A DNA stretch of 64,000 nt from a virus, in IMG/VR virus record IMGVR_UViG_3300045116_000679, positions 3,109 through 67,108 of that record, one strand, 5' to 3'. Shown here piece by piece: positions 55,630 through 64,000 of this stretch; the first letter of the stretch is position 1, and every line of letters starts with the position of its first letter. Under the pieces are notes generated by a model. The model was not told the origin of the DNA, searched no databases, and worked only from the letters and a program-made list of their open reading frames with translations. The position numbers and the translations under genes were made by a program.

Positions 55630-57927
55630 ATGCCGTTCACGGCTCAGGAGGCGGCGGCGCTTCAGCGCCTGCTCGCCTACTATGACGGGGATAACCCGTA
55701 CGATCCGGATACCAACCCGGGCGGAATGCGGCTCGGCGGGCATCGCTTCAACTTCGAGCCCGCCCTGCAGGACGTCGCTCGTGTCGCCGCTGGCATGGGC
55801 GCGCTCGTCGACCAAGCCCTGGAGGCGATCGAGGACGCGATCGCGGTGTACGGCAGCGCGGAAGCGCTCACGGCCGCCGTCGTCGCAGCCCAGGCCGCCG
55901 CGCAGCAAGCGGCGGACTATGCCGCGAACGGATATCTGCGCTTCACCTCTCTGGCCGGCCTCTCGGCCTACACGCCGAACCGGCAGCCCCCGGCGGGTGG
56001 GTTCTACTACGCCGAGGTGGAGGGGGACGGGAGTAACGACGGGGCCTATCGCTGGGCGCCAGGCGGCCCGTGGGTCCGCTACAGCCTGCTGACACTTCGG
56101 CAGGCGATCGCCGCCGCGCCGCAGGCCGCCGTCGATCTGATCGCCACCAAGGGCGTGACCTTCCCGGGTGGCGGCGAGATCGGCCATGCCGTCCCGACGA
56201 AGACGCGCAGCGCCCGCCGGTTCTGGTTCAAGATCAAAGACCAATCGGAGCGCACCGTGGCGGGCGTCGACCCGGACGGGGTGTGGTACGCTTTCCGCCT
56301 CGCGATCGACACCCTGAAGCGTACCGGGCGGTCGGTGCCGGCCTTCGCCGAGCCGATCAGCGACCTTCGTCGCCGGGTCGCCATCGGTATCCGCCCCGGC
56401 GGCCGAGTGCTGCTCGGCGGTCTCGACCTCGTCGTGCGGCGCACCCGGGCACGCTCGGTCCCAGCCTTTGCGGACGCGCTTCGGGATCTGCGCCACCGGA
56501 CCGGGTTTGGCGTGCAGCCGGACGGGCGGGTGCGGATCGCGCCGTCGCTGTCGTCCGGCCCGGCCATCGGTGAGGCGCTGACCCCGCCGGCCGACGCCAT
56601 CACCAGCTCGGTCGGCAAGGTCATGGGGCTGCGCTATGGCCGCAGCGGGCTCGTGGCCGCGACGGTCTGGGAGCGATCCTCCCTCATGGCCTACGACGTG
56701 CTCCGCCGCCGCGGAGGGCGGCGCACGGCCCTCGTAGACCATCCGTCACCTCTGCGGGTGGTGCTCGGCTACGGGCAGTCGCAGTGGATGCTGTCCGGCG
56801 CCTCCGTCGCTGCCCTGACGACCCCGCTCTATCCGCACCACTGCGTGATGTTTCCGGAGCATCACGACGCGGGCGCCGGGGCGACGATCGCGGCCGATAT
56901 GCGCGAGTTCACGCCGCTGGTCGATGCCGTGGGCGCGATCCCGTGGCTCGGTACGGCGGTCGGGTTCGCGATCGAGGGGCGCGACCGCCTCGCCGGCCGG
57001 GATAGCCCCGGCCTGATGGTCGGCGCTCACCATGCCGGCGGGCAGCCGCTGACGACGTTCGTAGTCGGCACGCAGGCGTACACCAACCTGCTCGCCCTGG
57101 CCCGGGCCGTGGTCGCGACCGCCGCCGCCTACGGCCGATCCGTCGTGTTCGATGTCTCGTTCATCCAGGGTGAGAGCGGCCCCTACAATCAAAGCCAGTG
57201 GGTCACCCTGTTCACCTCGCTGGCGGCCTCGATCCGAACCGACCTGCAGGCGATCAGCGGGCAGACCCGGGCGCCGTACATCCTGCTCAGCCAGATCAAC
57301 GGCAACGACAACGCCACCGGCTTCACGGGGGTCGAGTACGCACAGGTCGACGTCGGCCGGTCCCTGGCGGCCAGCGGCGTCATCCTCGCCGGGCCGATGT
57401 ATCAGTGCCCGCTCTCCGACGAGATCCACGGCAGCACGATCGGCAGGATGGTGCTCGGCGACCTCCTGTCCGAGGTGTACGCCCGCGTCGTCACGCTCGG
57501 GCAGGCGTTCGCGCCGCTGTGGCCGACATCGACCGTCCGCACCGGCAACCTCATCGATCAGACGTGGAACCTGCCCCCTGGCACGTCGGCCCTGGCCTGG
57601 GATGATGGGTCGACCTCCCCGCAATGGGTGCCGTCGCTCACCAACCGGGGCGCGACCTACGAGGACAGCACGACCTCCGCGACGATCACCAGCGTGGCGA
57701 TCACCGGGGCCAACACCACCCGCATCACGCTCTCCGGCACGCCGACCGGCGCGAACAAGGCCGTTCGCTGGGGCGTCGGCTCCGACACGCTCGTCGATGG
57801 CTGGGCCGGCCCGCGCACGCAGCTCATGGCCGTGTCTACGGCCCCGAGCGTCTTCGCCCCTCTCGGCTACGCCGTGCCGAGCGCCGTGCGCCACTACGCC
57901 GTCAAGACCAGGGACAACGCAACATGA
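55630..57927 (+). CDS. Tail fibre/spike with SGNH-like esterase domain
   Basis: LGYGQSQ (block I), IQGES (block III), SDEIH (block V). Confidence 0.7.
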   Translation: MPFTAQEAAALQRLLAYYDGDNPYDPDTNPGGMRLGGHRFNFEPALQDVARVAAGMGALVDQALEAIEDAIAVYGSAEALTAAVVAAQAAAQQAADYAANGYLRFTSLAGLSAYTPNRQPPAGGFYYAEVEGDGSNDGAYRWAPGGPWVRYSLLTLRQAIAAAPQAAVDLIATKGVTFPGGGEIGHAVPTKTRSARRFWFKIKDQSERTVAGVDPDGVWYAFRLAIDTLKRTGRSVPAFAEPISDLRRRVAIGIRPGGRVLLGGLDLVVRRTRARSVPAFADALRDLRHRTGFGVQPDGRVRIAPSLSSGPAIGEALTPPADAITSSVGKVMGLRYGRSGLVAATVWERSSLMAYDVLRRRGGRRTALVDHPSPLRVVLGYGQSQWMLSGASVAALTTPLYPHHCVMFPEHHDAGAGATIAADMREFTPLVDAVGAIPWLGTAVGFAIEGRDRLAGRDSPGLMVGAHHAGGQPLTTFVVGTQAYTNLLALARAVVATAAAYGRSVVFDVSFIQGESGPYNQSQWVTLFTSLAASIRTDLQAISGQTRAPYILLSQINGNDNATGFTGVEYAQVDVGRSLAASGVILAGPMYQCPLSDEIHGSTIGRMVLGDLLSEVYARVVTLGQAFAPLWPTSTVRTGNLIDQTWNLPPGTSALAWDDGSTSPQWVPSLTNRGATYEDSTTSATITSVAITGANTTRITLSGTPTGANKAVRWGVGSDTLVDGWAGPRTQLMAVSTAPSVFAPLGYAVPSAVRHYAVKTRDNAT

Positions 57928-58709
57928 CCACGCTGCTGACCGACTTCGGCAACTCGGCCCTCCCCAAGGACGGCTACCTCGATGACGTCCTGCGGGAAGT
58001 CCCGAACCTGACCGCCTGGGCGCGCGCCCAAGCGGGCGAAGTGACGATCGCGAACACCGATCGCATCTTCACCTTCAACGACAAGATTACGGCAGGCCAG
58101 TTCACGTTCACGCAGTCTACCGACGCGAACCGCCCGACGCTGCTCGGCAATCAGATCAACGGCTACTCGGCCGCCAACTTCGATGGCACGAACGATTTCC
58201 TTGTGTGGTCGCTGCCGCTTCCCGACACAACGCAGGCGTTCTCGATCGCGGCTCTGTTCCGGCAGGACGCGACGCAGGACTTCGGTGCCATCACCAGCAG
58301 GTTCACGTCGGGCACGAACAAGGCCATGTCGATGATCTGCACGCCGACCGGCCTTGAGCTGCAGCACGGAGACTACACGTCGGATACGACCCGGCCCGGC
58401 GTGATCGCGGCCAAGCACGTCAAGGGGCAATGGACGCTGGCGATCCTGTCCTCTGATACGCGGGTTGTCCGTGGGCGGGTGAACGGGGTCGATTATGATC
58501 CCGTAGCGACCAACAACCCGAGCAACACGAACTTTTTCGCGCTCGGATCGGCGAATTCCGGCGGCGCCAGCTTCCCGTTCAAGGGGCAGATCGCAGGATT
58601 CAAGTTTTTCAATATCGATATCCTAGCGCCGACCGGCATCGATATACTCTCGGCGCTCGAACGATATGCCGTCGAGACCTATGCCCTGCCGTTCCGCGGC
58701 GCGTACTGA
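57924..58709 (+). CDS. LamG/concanavalin-like tail-associated protein
   Basis: FTQSTDANRPTL...FDGTNDFL...FKGQIA. Confidence 0.7.
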   Translation: MTTLLTDFGNSALPKDGYLDDVLREVPNLTAWARAQAGEVTIANTDRIFTFNDKITAGQFTFTQSTDANRPTLLGNQINGYSAANFDGTNDFLVWSLPLPDTTQAFSIAALFRQDATQDFGAITSRFTSGTNKAMSMICTPTGLELQHGDYTSDTTRPGVIAAKHVKGQWTLAILSSDTRVVRGRVNGVDYDPVATNNPSNTNFFALGSANSGGASFPFKGQIAGFKFFNIDILAPTGIDILSALERYAVETYALPFRGAY

Positions 58710-58721
58710 GGGGCGGCGGGC

Positions 58722-59303
58722 ATGGCCGATTTCGAAGGTCTCCCGTCCAGCGCGAGCGCGGCTGAAGTGGCGGCGGGCTCCGGTCGCGGGTTCGTCCGGG
58801 CCGACCGCTTCGACGCCGCGCTGCTCGGTCGGCTCGGCACAGTGTCGGCGACGGCGGCTGAGATCGTCGCCGGGACGCGGACCGACCGCGTGCCGACCGT
58901 CGCGAGCCTTGCGCAGGCACGGCACGACCTCCCTGCCTTCGTCGCAATGGGGGCGGCCACGGCAGCGGTCGGCGTGCAGACGTGGCAGCAGAAGCCGCTC
59001 GACATCGGCAGCGGCTTCAACGCCGGGACCGGGCGCTTCACGGCCGCGCGTGCCGGTATCCATGTCTTTCACGCATCCGTGCTGATGGCGCCTATCGGAG
59101 CCGCGGCGCAAGTTATCACGATCCGGCGGAATGGTACAAAGCCGTATGGCAATGCCACTTTCGCCAACGCCACCGGCGTATATGCGCAGATCGCAACTTC
59201 CGTAATCTACGACCTAGCGGTGAACGATTACGTCGACCTCTACTCAGACACGGCCCTGTTCCAAGGCACCGAGTTTAGTGTCTTTATCGGCTGGATGAGG
59301 TAA
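58722..59303 (+). CDS. C1q-domain tail-associated protein
   Basis: GFNAGTGRFTAARAGIHVFHASV...LAVNDYV. Confidence 0.75.
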   Translation: MADFEGLPSSASAAEVAAGSGRGFVRADRFDAALLGRLGTVSATAAEIVAGTRTDRVPTVASLAQARHDLPAFVAMGAATAAVGVQTWQQKPLDIGSGFNAGTGRFTAARAGIHVFHASVLMAPIGAAAQVITIRRNGTKPYGNATFANATGVYAQIATSVIYDLAVNDYVDLYSDTALFQGTEFSVFIGWMR

Positions 59304-59306
59304 GCA

Positions 59307-59579
59307 ATGGATATTGTTGTTCCCCTCACGGATGCCGAGGCGCGGGCGCTCTCGACCGTGATGGTTGATCCTCAGGAATGGGCCGCCAACGCCGTGCGCG
59401 AGCGTGCCCGGGTCGCCTCCGAGGCGATCATCGCCTCCGAGGTGCAGGCGCTCATCGCAGCCGGCGAGCCGATCCCCCCCACGGCCGACGAGATCATCGA
59501 GAGCGCGTTCGCGAGCGGCCGGGCCGTACCCGCCGCCGAGCAGGCCGGGGCGGCTGAAGACGCACCGCTGCCGGCGTGA
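59307..59579 (+). CDS. Hypothetical protein
   Basis: 90-aa ORF, GAGG RBS. Confidence 0.65.
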   Translation: MDIVVPLTDAEARALSTVMVDPQEWAANAVRERARVASEAIIASEVQALIAAGEPIPPTADEIIESAFASGRAVPAAEQAGAAEDAPLPA

Positions 59580-59703
59580 CCCTCGGCGACTTCCTCGTCG
59601 CGCTCCTCAGCGTTCCGCTCTGGGTCGCCGTTCTCTACGGCGCTGCCTGCCTGATCGGCTGGTGGGCGAGCCGAAGCTGACCCTCACTCATCGGAGATCC
59701 GTC

Positions 59704-60378
59704 ATGGTTGCCATCATGACGCCGCTCGGCATAGCGGCGCTGAAGTCGCGCGAAGGCGTCAAGCTCAAGGCATACAAGGATTCGGTCGGCGTCTGGACGA
59801 TCGGCTACGGCCACACCAAGGGCGTGAAGCCGGGACAGGTCATCACGATGGCCGAGGCGGACGCGTTCTTCGCCGACGACCTCGCCAGCCATGCCCTGCC
59901 GATCCTCTCCTGCATCAAGGTCCCGGTGGCGGACCATGAGCAAGACGCGCTGATCTCGATCGCCTTCAACATCGGCGTGGCGGGCTTCCGGGGCTCGACC
60001 TTCCTGCGCCTGCTGAATGCGGGCGACCGGGCGGGCTGCGCCAAGGCGATCATGGCCTGGACGAAGAACAAGGAGCTGATCAGCCGCCGCACGGCCGAGC
60101 GCGACCAGTTCCTGACGCCCTATAGCCGCGCCGCGCCCAAGGCGCGGAGCACGGACGCCCGGCCGGTCTCGGCGCCGGTCCCGCCGGTGCAGACAGTGCC
60201 GATCGCCGCCCAGCCCGTCCCTGCGCCGTCTATGCAGCCGATGGCGCCGAACGCCGCCAAGCCGCCCGTGCCGGACACCGCGCCCGTCCCGCGTCCGCCC
60301 GCGGCCCCGGCTGCGGCGAAGCCTTCGGACGGCTTCTGGCTGTCTCTCTGGTACGCCATCACCGGCAAGAGCGCGTGA
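59704..60378 (+). CDS. Endolysin, GH24 lysozyme with Pro-rich tail
   Basis: REGVKLKAYKDSVGVWTIGYGHT, DALISIAFNIG, RRTAERDQF. Confidence 0.93.
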   Translation: MVAIMTPLGIAALKSREGVKLKAYKDSVGVWTIGYGHTKGVKPGQVITMAEADAFFADDLASHALPILSCIKVPVADHEQDALISIAFNIGVAGFRGSTFLRLLNAGDRAGCAKAIMAWTKNKELISRRTAERDQFLTPYSRAAPKARSTDARPVSAPVPPVQTVPIAAQPVPAPSMQPMAPNAAKPPVPDTAPVPRPPAAPAAAKPSDGFWLSLWYAITGKSA

Positions 60379-60485
60379 TGTCGATTGGCCAAGCCGTCGC
60401 CGAGGTCGCGCTGCTGATCGTCGCCGTCCTCGCCTTCGCCGCTCTCGTCTCCATCGCCGTCCGCCGGTTCCTGGAACCGCACTGA
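60378..60485 (+). CDS. Small single-TM protein
   Basis: MSIGQAVAEVALLIVAVLAFAALVSIAVRRFLEPH, TGATG coupling. Confidence 0.5.
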   Translation: MSIGQAVAEVALLIVAVLAFAALVSIAVRRFLEPH

Positions 60486-60534
60486 CCCCGCGCCGGCCGG
60501 GCTCGCCGCGCGCCTTCCCCACATCGAGGATCAC

Positions 60535-61068
60535 ATGACCCGCAAGCCCCTGCTCGCGGCGCTGGCGCTCGCCTGCCTCGCCGCCGTCATCCTGCCGCTC
60601 ACGGCCTTCGCCGCCGAGGTCGGCACGGTCGGAGACACCGCCGTCGTGCTCCCGTGGGGGCAGTGGGTGGTCGCCATCGCCGAGACGGCTAAGGAGGTCC
60701 TGATCCCGGTCGCCATCGCCTTCGTCACCGCGATCGTCGGCCGGCTCGGCTGGTTCGTGCAGATGTGGTTCACCCAGCAGCGGATCGACCGGATGGTGCG
60801 CCTGGCCGCCGACTACGCGGTCAACGCCGTGAAGGGCGCGGCCGCGGGCAAGACCGCGAGCATCGACATCGCGCCGATCCTGCTCCGTGTCGGCCTTCAG
60901 CGGGCGGTCGGCTCGACGGAGTCCTGGGTGGTCAAGGCGGCCGGCGGCGAGAAGGGCGTCGCGGAGCGCCTGTTCCGCGCCTTCCACTTCGACGACACGG
61001 TCACGGACGCCAACACGCTGACCCCGGTCGTCGAGAGCCTGCCGCGCGACGGCGCGTTGGCGTCTTGA
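60535..61068 (+). CDS. Membrane protein, holin-like candidate
   Basis: Signal-like N-terminus plus second TM segment; lysis cluster. Confidence 0.65.
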   Translation: MTRKPLLAALALACLAAVILPLTAFAAEVGTVGDTAVVLPWGQWVVAIAETAKEVLIPVAIAFVTAIVGRLGWFVQMWFTQQRIDRMVRLAADYAVNAVKGAAAGKTASIDIAPILLRVGLQRAVGSTESWVVKAAGGEKGVAERLFRAFHFDDTVTDANTLTPVVESLPRDGALAS

Positions 61069-61071
61069 TCC

Positions 61072-61512
61072 GTGACCCCCATCGAGATAGCCGGCCTCGT
61101 CAAGGATTTCGGCTCGGTCGGCATAGCGGCGATCCTCGCCGTTGTCGTCCGCTTTCTGTTCCTTTCCGCCCGGGCGGACACGAAGGAAGCTGCGGCGCAG
61201 CAGCTGGCCGATGCCAAGGCCTATGCGGCGCAGCTGGAGAAGTTGGTTCAGGCGATGGCGGTGGCCATCGAGCGCTCAGCGGCGACCAACGCCGCCGTCA
61301 GCGCGGCCCTGGAGAGCCGCACCGGCATCTTCGAGCGGCTGTCCGAAGCGGTGGAGGAAGCGAGGGCCGAGACGCGAGCCCTCATCACCGACCTGAAGAG
61401 CCACAGCGTCACCAACGATGCTTGGACCCGCGACAAGCTCGATACGGCCTCGGCGCGCATCCAGGCGATCCTAGACCGCATCGACGAGCTGCGGCGGGAG
61501 GTGGGCAGGTGA
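61072..61512 (+). CDS. Single-TM coiled-coil protein
   Basis: N-terminal TM then coiled coil. Confidence 0.65.
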   Translation: MTPIEIAGLVKDFGSVGIAAILAVVVRFLFLSARADTKEAAAQQLADAKAYAAQLEKLVQAMAVAIERSAATNAAVSAALESRTGIFERLSEAVEEARAETRALITDLKSHSVTNDAWTRDKLDTASARIQAILDRIDELRREVGR

Positions 61513-61817
61513 ACCCGTTCCGGTGGTTCAGGCGGCGCCGCCTCGATGAGCCGCCGATCGAGCCCTCGCCCGGAGCACGCCTGCGACTCGCCCAGGCCGA
61601 CAGGCGGCACCAGCAGGTGACCCGCGACCTCACGCGGGCCGCCCTCGACGAGGTGGATCGTACCGCGGCGGAGGCAGGCCGTCCGGTCGAGCAGGACGCA
61701 GACGGTATCGGCCGGGCCGTGGTCGAGCTTACCCGGCGATACCAAGAGGCGCGCGGTCGTCAGCCGGCGGACGCCCTGTCCGAGCTGGTCGAGTTCATGT
61801 CTAAGGGAAGCCGATGA
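61509..61817 (+). CDS. Hypothetical protein
   Basis: GTGA overlap, VNPFRWFRRR. Confidence 0.55.
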   Translation: MNPFRWFRRRRLDEPPIEPSPGARLRLAQADRRHQQVTRDLTRAALDEVDRTAAEAGRPVEQDADGIGRAVVELTRRYQEARGRQPADALSELVEFMSKGSR

Positions 61818-62356
61818 GAGCGCTGCTGACGAGCATTCATCTCTGGGCAGGCCTCGCGCTGTTCGCGTTGTTCTGGCTGACGGCTCCGATCCTGACCACA
61901 CCGACCACGATCCTCGTCAGCAACAGCTTCATGCTGGCCGCCTCGACTGCGGTGTGGATCGCATACCTGCCGGCCTGCATCCGGGCGATCACGAGCCGCA
62001 AGGCGACCCGGACGCAATGCATCCTGCTCGGGATCTTCTACTCCTGGTGCTTCAGCTCGCTGTGGCGCATCCACGCGTTGATCTGGTTACGCGCCGGCTC
62101 GCCGGAGTGGTTCATCCAGAACGACCTGATCGCGTTCTACCAGTCCGGCGTCACGCTCGGGGCGACCTACCATCTCCTGTCGCCAGGCGCGATCGGCGGC
62201 TCGATGGGCGAGAAGCTGCCGAGCCTGAAGTGGATCGCGGTCGGGTGTGTGGCCGGGTTCGCGACCCTGCTCGTGGTGCTGCTGTCGGCCTACGACGTCG
62301 ACACGTCCGGGTTCGTCGCGTCGGTCCGGAAGTACGTGCCCGGCGTCCCGCCCTGA
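61814..62356 (+). CDS. Multi-TM membrane protein
   Basis: About five hydrophobic segments. Confidence 0.7.
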   Translation: MRALLTSIHLWAGLALFALFWLTAPILTTPTTILVSNSFMLAASTAVWIAYLPACIRAITSRKATRTQCILLGIFYSWCFSSLWRIHALIWLRAGSPEWFIQNDLIAFYQSGVTLGATYHLLSPGAIGGSMGEKLPSLKWIAVGCVAGFATLLVVLLSAYDVDTSGFVASVRKYVPGVPP

Positions 62357-62380
62357 CCCCCGCCGTACATCAATCCAACA

Positions 62381-62411
62381 GAGCCCGCCCGGCCCCGCCG
62401 CGGCGGGCTTC
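62381..62411 (+). terminator. Terminator at convergence of late and leftward transcription
   Basis: gagcccgcc...ggcgggctt stem followed by cgttgtgt. Confidence 0.65.
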
Positions 62412-62525
62412 GTTGTGTCTGGGGTCCGGCTTGGCGTCCGGAAACCAGAATGTCCGCCTCGCCGTCCGCGCGCGAGCCCGGACGCCGCCCTTCAATCCGG
62501 ACGCGGACACGTTTCCCGGACATCG

Positions 62526-62858
62526 TTAGGCGGACACGCCCGCGCCGACCTGATAGCGGCCATAGGCGAGCCGTGTGATCCGCTTGCGGCGGGTCAGGTA
62601 GCCAAGGGCGTTGTAGATCTCTTTCCGGGGCGCATCGACGGCCTCCACGATCTCGGAGGTGTCGAACTCGCCCTCGGCCGGCAGCGCCGCGACGACCGCC
62701 GACAGCACGTCGCCCGCATTCGGACCCGCCAGCCGCGCGTTGTGGTCCGCCACGATCTGCGCAGCGAACTCCGGCGTCAGGGCGGTGCAGATGGGCGTGT
62801 CGCCTTCATAGACGTGGATCTGGTAGTGCTTGCCGACACGCCACGGCTTCATCTTCAT
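62526..62858 (-). CDS. Small protein with C-terminal winged-helix
   Basis: FDTSEIVEAVDAPRKEIYNALGYLTRRKRITRLAYGRY. Confidence 0.7.
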   Translation of the reverse strand: MKMKPWRVGKHYQIHVYEGDTPICTALTPEFAAQIVADHNARLAGPNAGDVLSAVVAALPAEGEFDTSEIVEAVDAPRKEIYNALGYLTRRKRITRLAYGRYQVGAGVSA

Positions 62859-62917
62859 CTCCTCGTCCGGCAGACGGCCGGCGAGCGGAACCCTTCTCCG
62901 CCCCTCGTCTCATCGCG

Positions 62918-63322
62918 TCATGTCGGGTCAGCGGGCGCTGTGCTGACAGGCGTACCCACAAGCGCACGTCCCGCGGCCTCTATCGCCTCGCGAAAGCCCG
63001 GCCCCGGCCCGAGCTTGCCGCCATGCCGGGAGCGCCACGCCTCCCAGGCCGCGGCGATCATCTCGGGCGTGGGGCATGCCAAGGCATCGGTCAGACGGTC
63101 GATCTCCGCCTCCGCTGTCTCGCGACCCATCTGCGCAGTCTTCCGGTCGATCTGCTCGCGCAGCAGGTCGGTGCGCAGCCGGGCGACTTCAGCCCCAGCC
63201 GCGGCGGCCCGTAGGCGCTCCAGCTCATACACCGCTTCTAATACAGCCACCGCGTCATAAGGCTTGTTTTGCACCTGAAGTTCATTAGCTAGATTGGTTA
63301 GCCACTTGATATCGGCGGCCAT
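62918..63322 (-). CDS. Hypothetical protein
   Basis: AGGAG RBS; PTPEMIAAAW motif. Confidence 0.65.
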   Translation of the reverse strand: MAADIKWLTNLANELQVQNKPYDAVAVLEAVYELERLRAAAAGAEVARLRTDLLREQIDRKTAQMGRETAEAEIDRLTDALACPTPEMIAAAWEAWRSRHGGKLGPGPGFREAIEAAGRALVGTPVSTAPADPT

Positions 63323-63379
63323 CGGCGATTTCTCCTGTTAAATACTTGCCAGAATTGCCCGACACCGCCTCCGCCATAC

Positions 63380-63724
63380 TCACGGCCACGGCTTGAGCGG
63401 CGTCGGCACGTAGCGCGCCCGGCGTAGGGCCATGCGGTTCTTGCCGGTGTTGAGGATGTGCGGCCCTTCTTTCCAGCAATCCACGATCCGGCTCGCCAGG
63501 GGCGCCGCCAGGGCCTCGACGGCCTCGCATGGGACCGGGAACCGCTGCCAGTATCGCTTGCCCTTCTGCGCGTAGTAGGAGCCGCCCCGGCGCACCTCGG
63601 CCTCGTCGTACTTGCCGGCCCACGCGAGCGGGTAGGCGTAGCCGCAGGCATCCGGCCGCCAGAGGGTGATGCACGGGTTGCGCAGCCACTCAGGGCGCAG
63701 GTCGATGATGTAGAACTCGGACAC
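63380..63724 (-). CDS. Hypothetical protein
   Basis: ITLWRPDACGYAYPLAWAGKY; GAGGAGG RBS. Confidence 0.7.
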   Translation of the reverse strand: MSEFYIIDLRPEWLRNPCITLWRPDACGYAYPLAWAGKYDEAEVRRGGSYYAQKGKRYWQRFPVPCEAVEALAAPLASRIVDCWKEGPHILNTGKNRMALRRARYVPTPLKPWP

Positions 63725-63760
63725 GTCCCCTCCTCAGTTCGAAACCTGCCCCCTCCGCCC

Positions 63761-64000
63761 TCAGGCGGGATCGGAAGGGGGTGTGAGAGCGGCACGGGCC
63801 CCCATCACGGCGGCGTGCCATTCGAGCACCGGCACGTCGGGCGGTGGCGCAGCTGCGGGCAGGCGAGCGAAGTAGGCCAGGACGGCCCGCGCCTCGTCGC
63901 GCTGGCGGCTCGCATCAGCGACCGCCGACGTGACCGTCTCGGCGACCATCCTGGCGACGTCGGCGGGGAGGCGATGAACCTGAATCAGGCTGTCGGACAT
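63761..64000 (-). CDS. Hypothetical protein
   Basis: 79-aa ORF at window edge. Confidence 0.45.
   Translation of the reverse strand: MSDSLIQVHRLPADVARMVAETVTSAVADASRQRDEARAVLAYFARLPAAAPPPDVPVLEWHAAVMGARAALTPPSDPA

Larger units (their letters stand above)
1..64000. mobile_element. Temperate siphovirus-like phage/prophage genome (alphaproteobacterial host)
   Basis: Full lambdoid module order: recombination, repressor/cro, replication, terminase, portal, capsid, tail, tape measure, lysis; no host housekeeping genes. Confidence 0.95.

Overview
The window is an almost complete (~64 kb, GC-rich) temperate tailed-phage genome of an alphaproteobacterial host, probably Methylobacterium-like; the host call is inferred from the GC level, MucR/GapR/GcrA/CtrA-like genes and a GTTC-N7-GTTC LexA box. 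Layout: a leftward early operon (1-11.6 kb: C5-MTase, RecT/ExoVIII, cell-cycle-regulator mimics); an XRE repressor/Cro switch (12.6-13.3 kb); a rightward replication arm (RuvC-like, HNH, MT-A70, DnaB, DUF1376 initiator with iterons, MucR, NusG-like antiterminator); a ~590-nt highly base-paired non-coding region plus tRNA-Met(CAT); ParB and ABC-ATPase/GNAT genes; packaging, head and siphovirus tail genes; a P22 immI-like accessory island; tape measure, tail fibre and lysis genes; then more leftward genes, consistent with a circularly permuted genome. No integrase is visible. Top candidate system: a RAMP/Cas7-like gene and a partner gene (44671-45932) followed by a non-coding array of 5-nt GG(C/T)-NN units split into guide-sized blocks and closed by a terminator hairpin (45987-46384), i.e. 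a putative non-CRISPR RNA-guided system. Other highlights are the ornate ncRNA candidate, a portal-Acb1-like fusion next to an Acb2-like gene, a signal-peptide-bearing gene cluster inside the head module, and a CtrA-wHTH/GcrA-HTH chimera. All family calls come from motif recognition by eye, not from database searches.
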